DNA of 64,000 nt, from contig CBDEUK010000002.1 of assembly GCA_965243205.1 (NCBI GenBank), forward strand, positions 1,344,001 to 1,408,000. Reading direction: 5' to 3'. This DNA is from Gammaproteobacteria bacterium. GTDB taxonomy: Bacteria > Pseudomonadota > Gammaproteobacteria > Eutrophobiales > Eutrophobiaceae. The position numbers were made by a program, and so were the translations under genes. The notes beneath the pieces were generated by a model. It saw only the letters and a program-made list of their open reading frames with translations. It did no database searches and was not told where the DNA came from. Position 1 is the first letter of the stretch, and each line of letters opens with the position of its first letter. Of the stretch, positions 10,716 through 21,641 are shown piece by piece.

Positions 10716-11828
10716 TTAAGTGATACGTATATAACTGCCACCCAGTTGTGATTGGACAAAACCATTTATCTCCATAGTTAACAGCATGGAACAAAGCGCA
10801 TCCGCCGTCAATCCACTTTTTGTGACCAACTCATCGATTGATATTGGTTCATAACCAATAAATTCAAGTACAATCTGATGGTTTTTATCTAAATTACTTT
10901 CTATATTTTCAGTTGATTTATTCATTTCACAATCATTGTTTTCAACATTGATTTGATATTGAATTTCTTCAACGATATCTTCAACACACTCAACTAACTT
11001 CGCACCCTGCTTAATTAAACTATGACAACCAGAACTCATAGCGTTCAATATTGAGCCTGGTATAGCAAATACTTCGCGCCCTTGCTCCAAAGCATATTTT
11101 GCAGTGATGAGTGATCCACTTTTTTTTGCCGCCTCAACGATTAGGCTACCTAAACTAAGACCACTGATGATGCGATTTCGTTGCGGAAAATTTTGAGGTA
11201 ATGGGGGTGTTAACGGAGGAAACTCTGAAATAACGGCTCCGCTTTGACAAATCATATTAGCAAGATTTTTATGTTTCACCGGATATACATTATCTATACC
11301 ATTGCCTAAAACCGCAACTGTTTTACCTTCTGCCTCTATTGCCCCAAGATGGCTCTGATAATCAACCCCATAAGCTAATCCACTGGTGATTGTAAAACCA
11401 ATTGAAGATAATTTTTCCGCAAACTCTTTCGCCAAGCGTTTTCCTGTCGCTGTTGGCTTCCTACTACCTACAATACTTAGTTGAGGTGAACTTAAAATCG
11501 AGGGATCCCCATCAACAAATAAGAGCAGAGGGGCTGATGAGATATATCTTAACTGCTCTGGGTATTCTTCATCATTAGTCGTCAGCAAAAAATGATTTGG
11601 TTTTGCAAGCCATGCCAAATCTTTTTCAATCATACCCCAATCAGGTTTAGTTATATGGTTGACTGTCACATCTTCCAAACCTAATTGTTTAAGAAAAGAA
11701 CCTTCTTGTTCAAAAACTTCTTGAATATTCGAAAAAAGATTAAGAAGGGATAAGGTTTTACTTGGACCTAACTTGGGAACTCGATGTAGTGCAAGGTAAT
11801 AAGGGATATCTTGTTCGATTCCATTCAT
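10716..11828 (-). CDS. dprA: DNA-processing protein DprA
   Basis: IVGSR, ITSGLAYGVD, NFPQRNRIISGLS, SGSLITA, GREVFAIPG. Confidence 0.97.
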   Translation of the reverse strand: MNGIEQDIPYYLALHRVPKLGPSKTLSLLNLFSNIQEVFEQEGSFLKQLGLEDVTVNHITKPDWGMIEKDLAWLAKPNHFLLTTNDEEYPEQLRYISSAPLLLFVDGDPSILSSPQLSIVGSRKPTATGKRLAKEFAEKLSSIGFTITSGLAYGVDYQSHLGAIEAEGKTVAVLGNGIDNVYPVKHKNLANMICQSGAVISEFPPLTPPLPQNFPQRNRIISGLSLGSLIVEAAKKSGSLITAKYALEQGREVFAIPGSILNAMSSGCHSLIKQGAKLVECVEDIVEEIQYQINVENNDCEMNKSTENIESNLDKNHQIVLEFIGYEPISIDELVTKSGLTADALCSMLLTMEINGFVQSQLGGSYIRIT

Positions 11829-11831
11829 GTT

Positions 11832-11844
11832 CTACTTCCTGTAG
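11832..11844 (-). promoter_or_regulatory. Putative CsrA/RsmA site overlapping the dprA SD
   Basis: Minus strand CUAC-AGGAA-GUAG hairpin with GGA in the loop, 3 nt before the ATG. Confidence 0.5.
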
Positions 11845-11848
11845 TTAA

Positions 11849-11880
11849 TAAAAAAGCCGTCTTTGTGAGACGGCTTTTAT
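11849..11880 (-). terminator. Rho-independent terminator after the LysM gene (bidirectional shape)
   Basis: AAAAAAGCCGTCT-TTGTG-AGACGGCTTTT. Confidence 0.85.
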
Positions 11881-11904
11881 ACTAACAAAAATTATGACAT
11901 GAGT

Positions 11905-13125
11905 TTATAAATTCTTTACTCCGTCATTTTCGTGTACTGGAGCTTGAACTTCCATAACCAATCCATAACTTAGTTTATCAAATGTTCTAATAACCATTAA
12001 TACGCCTGCATATTCATCTGGCAAAATCACTCGATCTTTTTTAGCTTCAGGTCTGCCCAGATACCCTACTAAAGCCGTCTGATCAAATTTCTTTTTGCCT
12101 CTTCGAACAGCATCAATGACCTCAGCAAATGCCGCTGGAATTGCAGCACCATAATCATCAGCCTCACGTTCAATACCTAATGCATCAGAATCATCCTCAG
12201 GCTCACGTTTTTTCACTGCATCTTTATATTCCGTGCTTAAACGATCAACCACTTCTCGACCACTTTGGTAAATGCCAAGTACTGTGCCTTTTTCGATACC
12301 ATCACGCTCACCGACATCCATCACTACTACTTGGTACTGACCTATTTCAGAAACACCATCGATCACTGAAATAATGTTACCTTTGATTTCTTGATTCGGG
12401 TTTTTTGGAATAAAATCAGTATCAATTTCGCCTTCAGATTCATTAATGAGTCGGTCACCAATCAGTACCTCTCGAGTCGAGTTGGAAATTAATGCTGAAG
12501 CTGGATCACCCAAACGATCTACTGCAGCGTCAGCAATATATAGCGCCTCGTAACCCAAAACTTCACCTTCTTCTGTACGATCAGATGTATAAGCATTACC
12601 TTTTCTATAAATTGAATATCGTCCTTCAATTTGGTCATCTTTCATACCTCTGACGTAAACTTTATTACCTGTGCCATTGACTAAATGGCCATCTTTACTA
12701 GCCATTATGTAAGGCCAAGTATCTACTTCATCCTCTTCCATAACTAAGGGATGAGCTAAGAAATTACGTATTACATCTATAGGGATAGAAGGAATCGCGC
12801 CATTTCGTTCATGAGAACGAACACCTGGTGATAATTTCACATCACGACCACCAGCTACCGTCAACATTGGACGACCATCCACATACACTAAACGCACTAT
12901 ATCCCCAGGGTAAATTAAATGTGGATTATTGATATGCGGATTACCCTTCCAAATTTCCGGCCAACGCCATGGTGTACGCAGAAAATGCGCTGAGATATCC
13001 CATAGAGTATCCCCTTTTACGACAACGTGTTCCAGAGGGTGATCCTCCCGAACCTTTAAAACGTCCGCTACTGCCGCAGTAGCGAATACATACAGTGATA
13101 TCAGGTAAGCAATTTTTTTAAGCAT
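11905..13125 (-). CDS. LysM peptidoglycan-binding protein, TsaP-like (type IV pilus secretin-associated)
   Basis: Signal peptide; HVVVKGDTLWDISAHFLRTPWRWPEIW, NPHLIYPGD; conserved position between def and dprA. Confidence 0.88.
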   Translation of the reverse strand: MLKKIAYLISLYVFATAAVADVLKVREDHPLEHVVVKGDTLWDISAHFLRTPWRWPEIWKGNPHINNPHLIYPGDIVRLVYVDGRPMLTVAGGRDVKLSPGVRSHERNGAIPSIPIDVIRNFLAHPLVMEEDEVDTWPYIMASKDGHLVNGTGNKVYVRGMKDDQIEGRYSIYRKGNAYTSDRTEEGEVLGYEALYIADAAVDRLGDPASALISNSTREVLIGDRLINESEGEIDTDFIPKNPNQEIKGNIISVIDGVSEIGQYQVVVMDVGERDGIEKGTVLGIYQSGREVVDRLSTEYKDAVKKREPEDDSDALGIEREADDYGAAIPAAFAEVIDAVRRGKKKFDQTALVGYLGRPEAKKDRVILPDEYAGVLMVIRTFDKLSYGLVMEVQAPVHENDGVKNL

Positions 13126-13275
13126 CTCAAGTACCTTAGAGTATTTCCTTAATGTAGATTAGCAAAAAGTCTAGCAGAATTTAAGCCTTGTCACCAAGAA
13201 CTAACTGAAATATCGAACTAGTACCAATTTTTTGTATACTAACAGCATGTTAATCAAATCTTTTTAGAGTAAATT

Positions 13276-13788
13276 ATGGCTTTGTTACCCATTTTGCATT
13301 TTCCAGACGAACGACTGCGAAATATTGCAAAACCTATCGAAAACATCGATGAAGATACTAAAACACTTGCAAAAGACATGCTCGAAACCATGTACGACGA
13401 TGGGGGCATCGGCTTAGCTGCAACTCAAGTAAATGTCGCAAAACGTCTAGTTGTTATGGATTTATCTGAAGATAAAAATGAAGCTATCTATTTGATTAAT
13501 CCAGAGATTATCGACTCTCAAGGTACTGAAAAAACTAAAGAAGGCTGTTTATCTGTTCCCGGCTTTTATGAATATGTAAAACGTGCTGAATGGGTTCGTT
13601 GCCGTTATTTAGACTTAGATGGCAAAGAGCAAGAACTCGAAACTGATGGATTATTAGCAGTGTGTATTCAACATGAAATTGACCATTTAGACGGAAAACT
13701 CTTCATTGACTACCTCTCACCACTGAAAAAAGCTCGGTTGAAAAAGAAACTCGAAAAACAGGAGAAATTGCAGGCTGAACTTTTGTGA
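13276..13788 (+). CDS. def: Peptide deformylase
   Basis: [19 protein letters not shown]. Confidence 0.99.
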   Translation: MALLPILHFPDERLRNIAKPIENIDEDTKTLAKDMLETMYDDGGIGLAATQVNVAKRLVVMDLSEDKNEAIYLINPEIIDSQGTEKTKEGCLSVPGFYEYVKRAEWVRCRYLDLDGKEQELETDGLLAVCIQHEIDHLDGKLFIDYLSPLKKARLKKKLEKQEKLQAELL

Positions 13789-14711
13789 GTGAGTATTCAC
13801 TTAAGATAGCCTTCGCTGGAACACCTGAACTTGCAGCGATAGCACTCAGTAGAATATTAGAAACAAATTCGATTTCAGTAGAATTTGTATTGAGCCAACC
13901 TGATCGTCCGGCTGGACGAGGCCGCAAAGTCAAAGCTAGTCCAGTCAAAGAACTTGCCCTTGAACATGCTCTGCCTGTTTACCAACCTAATAACTCTGCG
14001 GAAATTGATCCTGAGAATTTATTATCTTCAGTCGATCTCATGGTTGTTGCGGCTTATGGAATGCTATTACCTGAGGAAATTCTAAACCGCCCTAAATACG
14101 GCTGCATAAACATACACACTTCTTTGTTACCTAGATGGCGAGGTGCTGCTCCCATTCAACGTGCTATCGAAGCTGGCGATAAACAAACTGGCGTCACTAT
14201 TATGCAAATGGAAGTCGGATTGGATACCGGCCCGATGATACTAAAAAAGATTTGTGATATTGAATCTGATGATACTGCTGCAATATTACACGATAAATTA
14301 GCTAAACTTGGCGCTGAAGGGATTATTGAAGTACTTAAAATGTACCAATCAGAAAGACCTATCGCCGAAATTCAAGATGATAACAATGCAACATACGCAA
14401 AAAAGCTCTCTAAAGCTGAAGCGAAAGTCGACTGGGAACAATCAGCTGAAATCATTGAACGTAAAATAAGAGCTTTTAATCCTGCTCCTATTTGTCATTC
14501 TGAAATCAATGGACAAACTATGAGAATATGGGAAGCTCGAATTGGAAACGTTAATGGAGCCACTAAACCAGGAACAATAATCGGTAAAATCGATAATGGA
14601 ATTGAAATCGCTTGTGGTAATGGTTCTTTAATCATTACAAGGTTACAACTACCAGGAAAAAAACCAATCACCGCAAAGCAATTTTTAAATGGTCGCCCTG
14701 ACTTTATCTGA
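13785..14711 (+). CDS. fmt: Methionyl-tRNA formyltransferase
   Basis: [33 protein letters not shown]. Confidence 0.98.
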   Translation: MSEYSLKIAFAGTPELAAIALSRILETNSISVEFVLSQPDRPAGRGRKVKASPVKELALEHALPVYQPNNSAEIDPENLLSSVDLMVVAAYGMLLPEEILNRPKYGCINIHTSLLPRWRGAAPIQRAIEAGDKQTGVTIMQMEVGLDTGPMILKKICDIESDDTAAILHDKLAKLGAEGIIEVLKMYQSERPIAEIQDDNNATYAKKLSKAEAKVDWEQSAEIIERKIRAFNPAPICHSEINGQTMRIWEARIGNVNGATKPGTIIGKIDNGIEIACGNGSLIITRLQLPGKKPITAKQFLNGRPDFI

Positions 14712-14741
14712 TCACTTTATAATTTAATCCCTTCTAATATT

Positions 14742-16034
14742 ATGCAAACTCGCGCTACTGCTGCCCAAATTATTAATGACGTAGTAGTAAACCGTCATTC
14801 ATTAACTAAGCTACTTGAGCGTATTATTGCTAAAGAAATCGATTCAAGAAATCGAGCAATGCTGCAAGATTTATGCTTTGGCGTATTACGTTGGTATCAA
14901 TTACTCGAACGCTACCTTGAACAATTAATTGAAAAACCTATCAAACCTAAAGATGCAGAATTAAAACAATTATTATTAATTGGTTTGTATCAAATCATAT
15001 ATCAACAGACTCCAAACCACGCTGCGGTTTCCGAATGTGTTAATGCTTGTGATGATTTAAAAAAAACCTGGGCTAAGAAATTAGTCAATGCCGTATTAAG
15101 AAGATTTATTCGTGAACAAGAATCAATAGAAAATAAACTTCATTCGCAAGATTCATTTTCACACCCTGCTTGGCTAATTAAACAATTAAAATCAGATTGG
15201 CCTGAGCAGTTTCAAAACATCTTAAACGGCAATCAATTACAAGCTCCTCTAACTCTACGAATCAATCAAACTAAGATTTCTCGAGATGATTATCTAAATA
15301 CATTAGAACATGCATCTATTGAAGCAACAGAAACAAAACATTCATTGTATGGCATTCATTTAAATAAAAGCATAGATATAAAAAAATTACCTGGTTATGA
15401 AGAAGGTTTATTCAGTGTCCAAGATGAAGCGGCACAATTTGCTGCTATCTTATTAGACATAGAAAAAGACCAACGAGTGTTGGATGCCTGTGCTGCGCCT
15501 GGAGGCAAAACAACACATTGTCTTGAGTCTCAAGTAGAGCTAACAGAATTAATCGCATTAGATAACAATCCGCAACGAATCAAACGTGTTGAAGAAAACC
15601 TAAATCGCCTAAGCTTAGAAGCTACTACAATAGTTGGTGATGCCTCAAAGCCAAATATTTGGTGGGATAATAAATTATTTGATCGAATTTTATTAGATGT
15701 TCCATGTACCGCTTCAGGGATCATTCGTCGTCATCCAGATATTAAGTTTTTACGTCAAGAACAGGATATCGCTAAGGTCATATCTGAACAAACAACTCTC
15801 CTAGAAAATATTTGGCCCCTATTAAAACCGAACGGAAAATTACTCTATTCGACCTGTTCTGTATTTAAAGCTGAAAATGATCAGCAAATTCAATTATTTC
15901 TTAAACAACATGAAGATGCGCAATTGAAGCCTATCGATGTCACATGGGGAAATAAAACGCAATGTGGGGTTCAAGTATTTCCAGGACAAGATAATATGGA
16001 CGGATTCTATTATTCCTGCATAATCAAAACATGA
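14742..16034 (+). CDS. rsmB: 16S rRNA m5C967 methyltransferase
   Basis: NusB-like N-terminus, LDACAAPGGKT, DVPC, YSTCS. Confidence 0.97.
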   Translation: MQTRATAAQIINDVVVNRHSLTKLLERIIAKEIDSRNRAMLQDLCFGVLRWYQLLERYLEQLIEKPIKPKDAELKQLLLIGLYQIIYQQTPNHAAVSECVNACDDLKKTWAKKLVNAVLRRFIREQESIENKLHSQDSFSHPAWLIKQLKSDWPEQFQNILNGNQLQAPLTLRINQTKISRDDYLNTLEHASIEATETKHSLYGIHLNKSIDIKKLPGYEEGLFSVQDEAAQFAAILLDIEKDQRVLDACAAPGGKTTHCLESQVELTELIALDNNPQRIKRVEENLNRLSLEATTIVGDASKPNIWWDNKLFDRILLDVPCTASGIIRRHPDIKFLRQEQDIAKVISEQTTLLENIWPLLKPNGKLLYSTCSVFKAENDQQIQLFLKQHEDAQLKPIDVTWGNKTQCGVQVFPGQDNMDGFYYSCIIKT

Positions 16035-16600
16035 CGTTAAAACCCAGATCATATCTATACTTATTATTGTTGATATCAACAGGGTTATGCATACCAGACA
16101 ATCTTTTGGCACAAGGAATTAGTATTAAAGAGGGTTCTATTAGCAAAGACGATACGAGCTATTACTTCAACGCAAAAGTTGATTGTGATCTATCTGAAGA
16201 ATCTATAGAAGCTTTACATCATGGGGTAGCACTGCAAATCCTAGTAGATATTAAAACCCAAATAAAACGTAAATTTCTCTGGGATAAAACTATAAATCAT
16301 TCCACGATTGCCTACAAAATTGAATTTCATCCGTTAACTGAACGCTATTTATTAACAGAATTGAATCGTTATAAACGACAAGATTTCCAATACTTATCCA
16401 AAGCATTGGAAGCGCTTGGTAAAATTAATGATTGGCCCTTAATTGCATTAGGTGAATTAAATTCTGAGAATGATTATATCGTATTAGTGAAAGCAAAACT
16501 TGATATCGAAGCATTACCTGCACCATTAAGACCCATGGCTTTTATTTCAAAAAACTGGCGAATGAGTAGTGATTGGCAACAATGGGAGTTAAGCCAATGA
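16031..16600 (+). CDS. DUF4390 domain periplasmic protein
   Basis: ALHHGVAL, FHPLTERY, LDIEALPAPLRP; conserved position between rsmB and ntrY. Confidence 0.85.
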   Translation: MTLKPRSYLYLLLLISTGLCIPDNLLAQGISIKEGSISKDDTSYYFNAKVDCDLSEESIEALHHGVALQILVDIKTQIKRKFLWDKTINHSTIAYKIEFHPLTERYLLTELNRYKRQDFQYLSKALEALGKINDWPLIALGELNSENDYIVLVKAKLDIEALPAPLRPMAFISKNWRMSSDWQQWELSQ

Positions 16601-18759
16601 AAAAAAGTGGTCGTCTCATTTTAATCATAGGTTTATTGCTATTTAGTTTTATGCTGTTCTCATTGTTTATGATGAGCAATGCACTGGAAGATTCCCAACG
16701 TTTTGGTAATTTGTTTTTCGTATTATTAATACTGAATACACTCTGCGTTATTACTCTAATCATTTTAATTATTCTTAACTTCAAACGATTAAGACGTGAT
16801 TTAAAACATAATGTAGCTGGTTCATTTTTAACTTTAAGAATGGTTATTATGTTCTCTTTGTTATCAATCACACCGGTTTTGATCGTTTATTATTTTTCCT
16901 TAGACTTTCTATTGCGCGGTATTGATAACTGGTTTGATTTGCGTGTTGAACAAGCGCTCGATGATTCACTTGAGTTAAGTAAAATTTCTCTAGATGGTCG
17001 CATGCAAGAATTATTAAAACAAACAGATCAAGTTGCTGATGAACTCAGTGAAATTAGCGATGCTGCTACTCCATTTGAAATTGATGAACTAAGAGCTCGT
17101 ATTGGCGCAGAAGAACTCACGGTATTGACACGACAAGGTACTATCATCGCTTCAAGTAGTGGTGATAGTTTAAACTTGGTACCAGATAGCCCAGATGAAT
17201 CTGTACTTTTACAATTACAACAAGGTAAGAGTTATGCTGGGCTTGATCCAGTAGGTGAGTCAGGTTTATTTATTCGAATTGCAGTGAATATTCCTGAATT
17301 GAATGTAGGAACCATACCGCGTATTGTGCAAACATTATTTCCAGTAGAAGAACGCATCACTAACCTGGCAAATAATGTGCAAACTGCCTTTGTTGACTAT
17401 CAAGAACTTTCGTATTTACGCGAACAATTAAAACTAAGCTTCGCCATGATTCTTACATTGGCATTACTATTTAGTATATTTAGTGTGTTATGGGCTGCTT
17501 TTTATTCTGCTAAAAAGATTGCTCAGCCAGTTCGTGATTTAGCAAAAGGTACTCGTGCAGTTGCCGAAGGTAATTATGACATGCAACTACCTGTCACCAG
17601 TCGCGATGAACTAGGTTTTTTAGTTGCTTCGTTTAATGACATGACCAATCAAATTGCAAGAGCACGTAACCAAGCAGATGTCAGTAAAAAAGAAGCTGAA
17701 GCTCAACGTTCAAGACTCGAAACCATATTGGAAAAATTGACTTCAGGCGTATTAGTTTTTAATAACGAATTAAAATTAATCATAGCCAATAATAGTTCAC
17801 AACAAATACTAGGGATCGATTTACAAAATGAAATCGGTGAAAACCCTAAAAAACTCTCCGATAAATATCCAAGTTTAGAAAGTCTTTTTGGAAGTATTAG
17901 TCATCATGCCAATAAGTCAGAATCTGATTGGCGAGAACAAATTGAGTTATTTAGTAGTACTGGCCGGCAAGATTTAATCTGTAGTGGCACACTCTTATCT
18001 GTTGTGCCTTCAGTAAATACTGGCTTAGTCGTTGTGTTCGATGACATCACAGCATTAATACAAGGTCAAAGAGATGCTGCATGGAGCGAAATGGCAAGGC
18101 GTCTAGCACATGAAATTAAAAATCCTTTGACTCCAATACAACTTGCAGCTGAACGATTACGACATAAATATATGGATAGCATGAACGACATTGAATCCGA
18201 AATGTTAGAACGATTAACCAACACCATCATTCAACAAGTAGATACGATGAAAAGCATGGTTAATAGTTTTTCAGAATACGCATACACACCGACTATTGAA
18301 TTGACTACTTTTCAACTCAACAAACTAATACAGGAAGTAGCAACGCTGTATCGAAATAATGAAAAGAATATTCAAATCGAATTAGAGCTTGCTGACGATT
18401 TGCCTGAAATCAATATTGATTCAAAAAGAATACGCCAAGTACTTAATAACCTAGTAAAAAATGGACTTGAAGCAAGCAATGAAAATGGACATTTATTCAT
18501 ATCCTCTAAACTAATTATTGAAGGTTCAAACCAATTTATTGAACTTATCATTCGTGATCATGGCCGTGGTATTTCCGAAAATATCCAACAGCAAATTTTC
18601 GAACCCTATGTAACAACCAAACAAAAAGGCACAGGTTTAGGCCTTGCAATTGTGAAAAAAATAATTGATGAGCATTCTGGCATTGTTAAGATAGATAACA
18701 ATGAAGATTCTACTGGTGCCTATGTCATGATACGCTTACCCATTCGTAATCATTCATAA
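16597..18759 (+). CDS. ntrY: NtrY-like sensor histidine kinase (HAMP-PAS-HisKA-HATPase)
   Basis: GIDNWFD, SRDELGFLVASFN, AWSEMARRLAHEIKNPLTPIQL, GTGLGL; ATG overlaps the DUF4390 stop. Confidence 0.88.
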   Translation: MKKSGRLILIIGLLLFSFMLFSLFMMSNALEDSQRFGNLFFVLLILNTLCVITLIILIILNFKRLRRDLKHNVAGSFLTLRMVIMFSLLSITPVLIVYYFSLDFLLRGIDNWFDLRVEQALDDSLELSKISLDGRMQELLKQTDQVADELSEISDAATPFEIDELRARIGAEELTVLTRQGTIIASSSGDSLNLVPDSPDESVLLQLQQGKSYAGLDPVGESGLFIRIAVNIPELNVGTIPRIVQTLFPVEERITNLANNVQTAFVDYQELSYLREQLKLSFAMILTLALLFSIFSVLWAAFYSAKKIAQPVRDLAKGTRAVAEGNYDMQLPVTSRDELGFLVASFNDMTNQIARARNQADVSKKEAEAQRSRLETILEKLTSGVLVFNNELKLIIANNSSQQILGIDLQNEIGENPKKLSDKYPSLESLFGSISHHANKSESDWREQIELFSSTGRQDLICSGTLLSVVPSVNTGLVVVFDDITALIQGQRDAAWSEMARRLAHEIKNPLTPIQLAAERLRHKYMDSMNDIESEMLERLTNTIIQQVDTMKSMVNSFSEYAYTPTIELTTFQLNKLIQEVATLYRNNEKNIQIELELADDLPEINIDSKRIRQVLNNLVKNGLEASNENGHLFISSKLIIEGSNQFIELIIRDHGRGISENIQQQIFEPYVTTKQKGTGLGLAIVKKIIDEHSGIVKIDNNEDSTGAYVMIRLPIRNHS

Positions 18760-18793
18760 ATTCAACAAGCACAGTCTTAAAGGTTAATACGAT

Positions 18794-20149
18794 ATGATGT
18801 CAGCAAATGTTTTGGTGGTAGATGACGAACCTGACATTTGTAGTCTGGTAAAAGAAATTCTGCAAGATGAAGGATTAAATGTACAAATTGCTCACAATGG
18901 AGAAGAAGCAAAGTCATTAAAAGAACAAATCGAACCTGATCTAATATTGCTTGATATCTGGATGCCGGATATAGATGGCATCAGCGTTCTTAAAGAATGG
19001 AAAAATAATAATAAGCTATCCGCACCAGTAGTAATGATGTCTGGTCATGGCACGGTTGAAACCGCTGTTGAAGCAACTAGGCTAGGTGCCTATGACTTTA
19101 TTGAAAAGCCATTATCACTTGCAAAACTTCTACTGACAGTTAAACACGCCCTAGAACATTCCACACTACACAAAGAAAATAAACGTCTAACAAAAATTTC
19201 GCAATTTCAAACAGCTCCGATTGGCAAAAGCCAAATGATGCAAGACCTGCGTAATCAAATCCAAAAAATTGCTAACCATAATACCCCTGTATTAATTACT
19301 GGTGAAAACGGAACAGATAAAGAACTTTATGCGAGATATATACATAATCAAAGTGAACGAGCCAATCAACCATTATTAGCCATAGGCTTCTCAGCTTTAA
19401 CCACAGAAAATGCAGATAATGAATTATTTGGCATACAAAATGAGCACAGAATTGAATCCGGTTTATTTGAAAAAGCCAATGGTGGTAGCTTATATTTAAA
19501 AGATATCACCGATATGTCCGCAAACATTCAAGGAAAAATCCAAGCTGCTTTAGAAACAAAACAAATAACCAGAATTGGTAGCTCGGAGCCCATATCGATT
19601 GATGTACGTATTATTGCAGCAACCCGTGAAAGTCTTGAACCCAAAGTACAATCCGGAAACTTCCGAGATGATTTATTCTATCAATTATCTGTAGTACCGA
19701 TTGAAATACCACCATTACGTGATCATGCTGAAGATATTCCTGAGTTACTCGAATATTATGCAAACGTTTTTGTGGAACGTGAAAACTTAAGCTATCGAAA
19801 GTTTTCAGTCGCCGCTCAAAACCGCCTTCGAGGCTATCACTGGCCCGGCAATGTAAGAGAGTTACGAAATCTTGTACAACGATTATTGATTTTGGGCTCC
19901 AATGAAATTATCGAACTCTCCGAACTGGATTCCAACCTAGGAAAAAATATTGAAAAGACTGCTGAGCTGGATGGTGTCAACTTAGATTTACCGATTCGCG
20001 AAGCCAGAGAACAATTTGAACGTGAGTATTTTGAATATCAACTACAAAAGAATGGAGGAAGTGTGAGCAAAGTTGCTCAAATTGCAGGCATGGAACGAAC
20101 CCATTTATATAGAAAATTAAAATCACTGGATATCGATATCAAAAACTAA
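18794..20149 (+). CDS. ntrX: NtrX-like response regulator (REC-degenerate AAA+-Fis HTH)
   Basis: LLDIWMPDIDG, MMSGHGTVETAVEA, WPGNVREL, GMERTHLYRKL. Confidence 0.88.
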   Translation: MMSANVLVVDDEPDICSLVKEILQDEGLNVQIAHNGEEAKSLKEQIEPDLILLDIWMPDIDGISVLKEWKNNNKLSAPVVMMSGHGTVETAVEATRLGAYDFIEKPLSLAKLLLTVKHALEHSTLHKENKRLTKISQFQTAPIGKSQMMQDLRNQIQKIANHNTPVLITGENGTDKELYARYIHNQSERANQPLLAIGFSALTTENADNELFGIQNEHRIESGLFEKANGGSLYLKDITDMSANIQGKIQAALETKQITRIGSSEPISIDVRIIAATRESLEPKVQSGNFRDDLFYQLSVVPIEIPPLRDHAEDIPELLEYYANVFVERENLSYRKFSVAAQNRLRGYHWPGNVRELRNLVQRLLILGSNEIIELSELDSNLGKNIEKTAELDGVNLDLPIREAREQFEREYFEYQLQKNGGSVSKVAQIAGMERTHLYRKLKSLDIDIKN

Positions 20150-20242
20150 GAAAAACGAAACGAACTCGCTATAATTTTAAAATTCACTCATAATCCGCAA
20201 AATTTAAATCTGCTCTTGGCACTATTAATATAAAATAACAAT

Positions 20243-21616
20243 ATGAAAATCATCATTTTAGGTGCAGGACAAGTTGGTTCATCAGTAGCCATTAATTTAG
20301 TTAATGAAGCTAATGACATCACTGTAGTTGATAGTAACCCAACTTGCTTACAAACCTTGGGCGAACGCTACGATTTAAGAACGGTTCATGGGATTGCTTC
20401 CTATCCATCTGTACTCGCGGCCGCTGGTGCTAAAGATGCTGACATGATCTTAGCAGTAACCAATAGTGATGAAATTAATATGATTGCTTGTCAGGTTGCC
20501 TATACCCTATTCCATACACCTACTAAAATTGCTCGTGTAAGAAACAGTGAATATTTAAATAACACGCCTTTATTTGCTCAAGAAGCATTACCTATTGATG
20601 TTTTGATCAGCCCTGAACAAGTTGTTACCGAATACATTGAACGCCTAATTCGTTACCCAGGAGCTCTGCAAGTCTTAGACTTTTCTCAAGGCCATGCCCA
20701 AATGGTTGGTGTTAAAGCATTCAGACAAGGTCCGCTTTCAGGCCGTACCATAAAAGAACTGCGCGAATACATGCCACAAATTGAATATCGTATTGCAGCT
20801 ATCTTTCGTGAGGGCGAAGCAATTATTCCTAAAGGCGATACTTTAATCTTAGCAAATGACGAATTATTTATACTTGGTGCTCCTAAACATATTCGTGCTT
20901 TAATGAAAGTCATTCGTAATCTTGAAAAGAATGTACAACGCATTATGTTAGCCGGCGGCGGTCATATTGGAATTCGTTTAGCTCAGGCATTAGAAAATTA
21001 TTATTCTGTTAAGTTGATTGAAATGGATCCAGCTCGTGCTGAAATGGCTTCAGAAGAGCTTTCTAATACAATTGTTTTATTAGGCGATGCTGCTGACGAA
21101 GAATTATTAATTGAAGAAAATATTCAAGACATGGATGTATTTTGTGCTTTAACCAACGCAGATGAAGCCAATATTATTTCTTCCATGCTAGCGAAACGTT
21201 TGGGTGCAAATAAAGTGATGTCTCTGATAAATCGCGCAGCTTATGTTGATCTTGTACAAAGTAATATGATTGACATTGCCATTTCACCACAACAAGCGAC
21301 TATTGGTAATTTATTATCACATGTAAGAAAAGGTGATGTCGTTGTCGTTCACTCTTTACGACGTGGTGCTGCTGAGGCCATTGAAGCAATTGCCCATGGT
21401 GATAAAAACTCTTCTAAAGTTGTCGGCAGAAGAATTGATGAAATACCTTTACCTGATGATACTTCAATCGGTGCAATTGTGAGAGACGGTGAAGTTATCA
21501 TTGCGCATCACGATACCGAAGTGCAATCGGAAGATCATTTAATCTTGTTAGTAGCAGATAAGAAAAGGGTCGCCGAAGTTGAGCGTTTATTCCAAGTTGG
21601 CATCACTTTTTTATAA
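20243..21616 (+). CDS. trkA: Trk potassium uptake NAD-binding subunit
   Basis: MKIIILGAGQVG, two RCK halves, SLRRGAAEAIE. Confidence 0.98.
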   Translation: MKIIILGAGQVGSSVAINLVNEANDITVVDSNPTCLQTLGERYDLRTVHGIASYPSVLAAAGAKDADMILAVTNSDEINMIACQVAYTLFHTPTKIARVRNSEYLNNTPLFAQEALPIDVLISPEQVVTEYIERLIRYPGALQVLDFSQGHAQMVGVKAFRQGPLSGRTIKELREYMPQIEYRIAAIFREGEAIIPKGDTLILANDELFILGAPKHIRALMKVIRNLEKNVQRIMLAGGGHIGIRLAQALENYYSVKLIEMDPARAEMASEELSNTIVLLGDAADEELLIEENIQDMDVFCALTNADEANIISSMLAKRLGANKVMSLINRAAYVDLVQSNMIDIAISPQQATIGNLLSHVRKGDVVVVHSLRRGAAEAIEAIAHGDKNSSKVVGRRIDEIPLPDDTSIGAIVRDGEVIIAHHDTEVQSEDHLILLVADKKRVAEVERLFQVGITFL

Positions 21617-21641
21617 ACCCATACATCATTTATAATAATCT

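Noticed and set aside
20215-20240. TTGGCAC upstream of trkA as a possible sigma54 promoter
   Set aside because: No TTGC at -12, and the adjacent NtrX lacks GAFTGA
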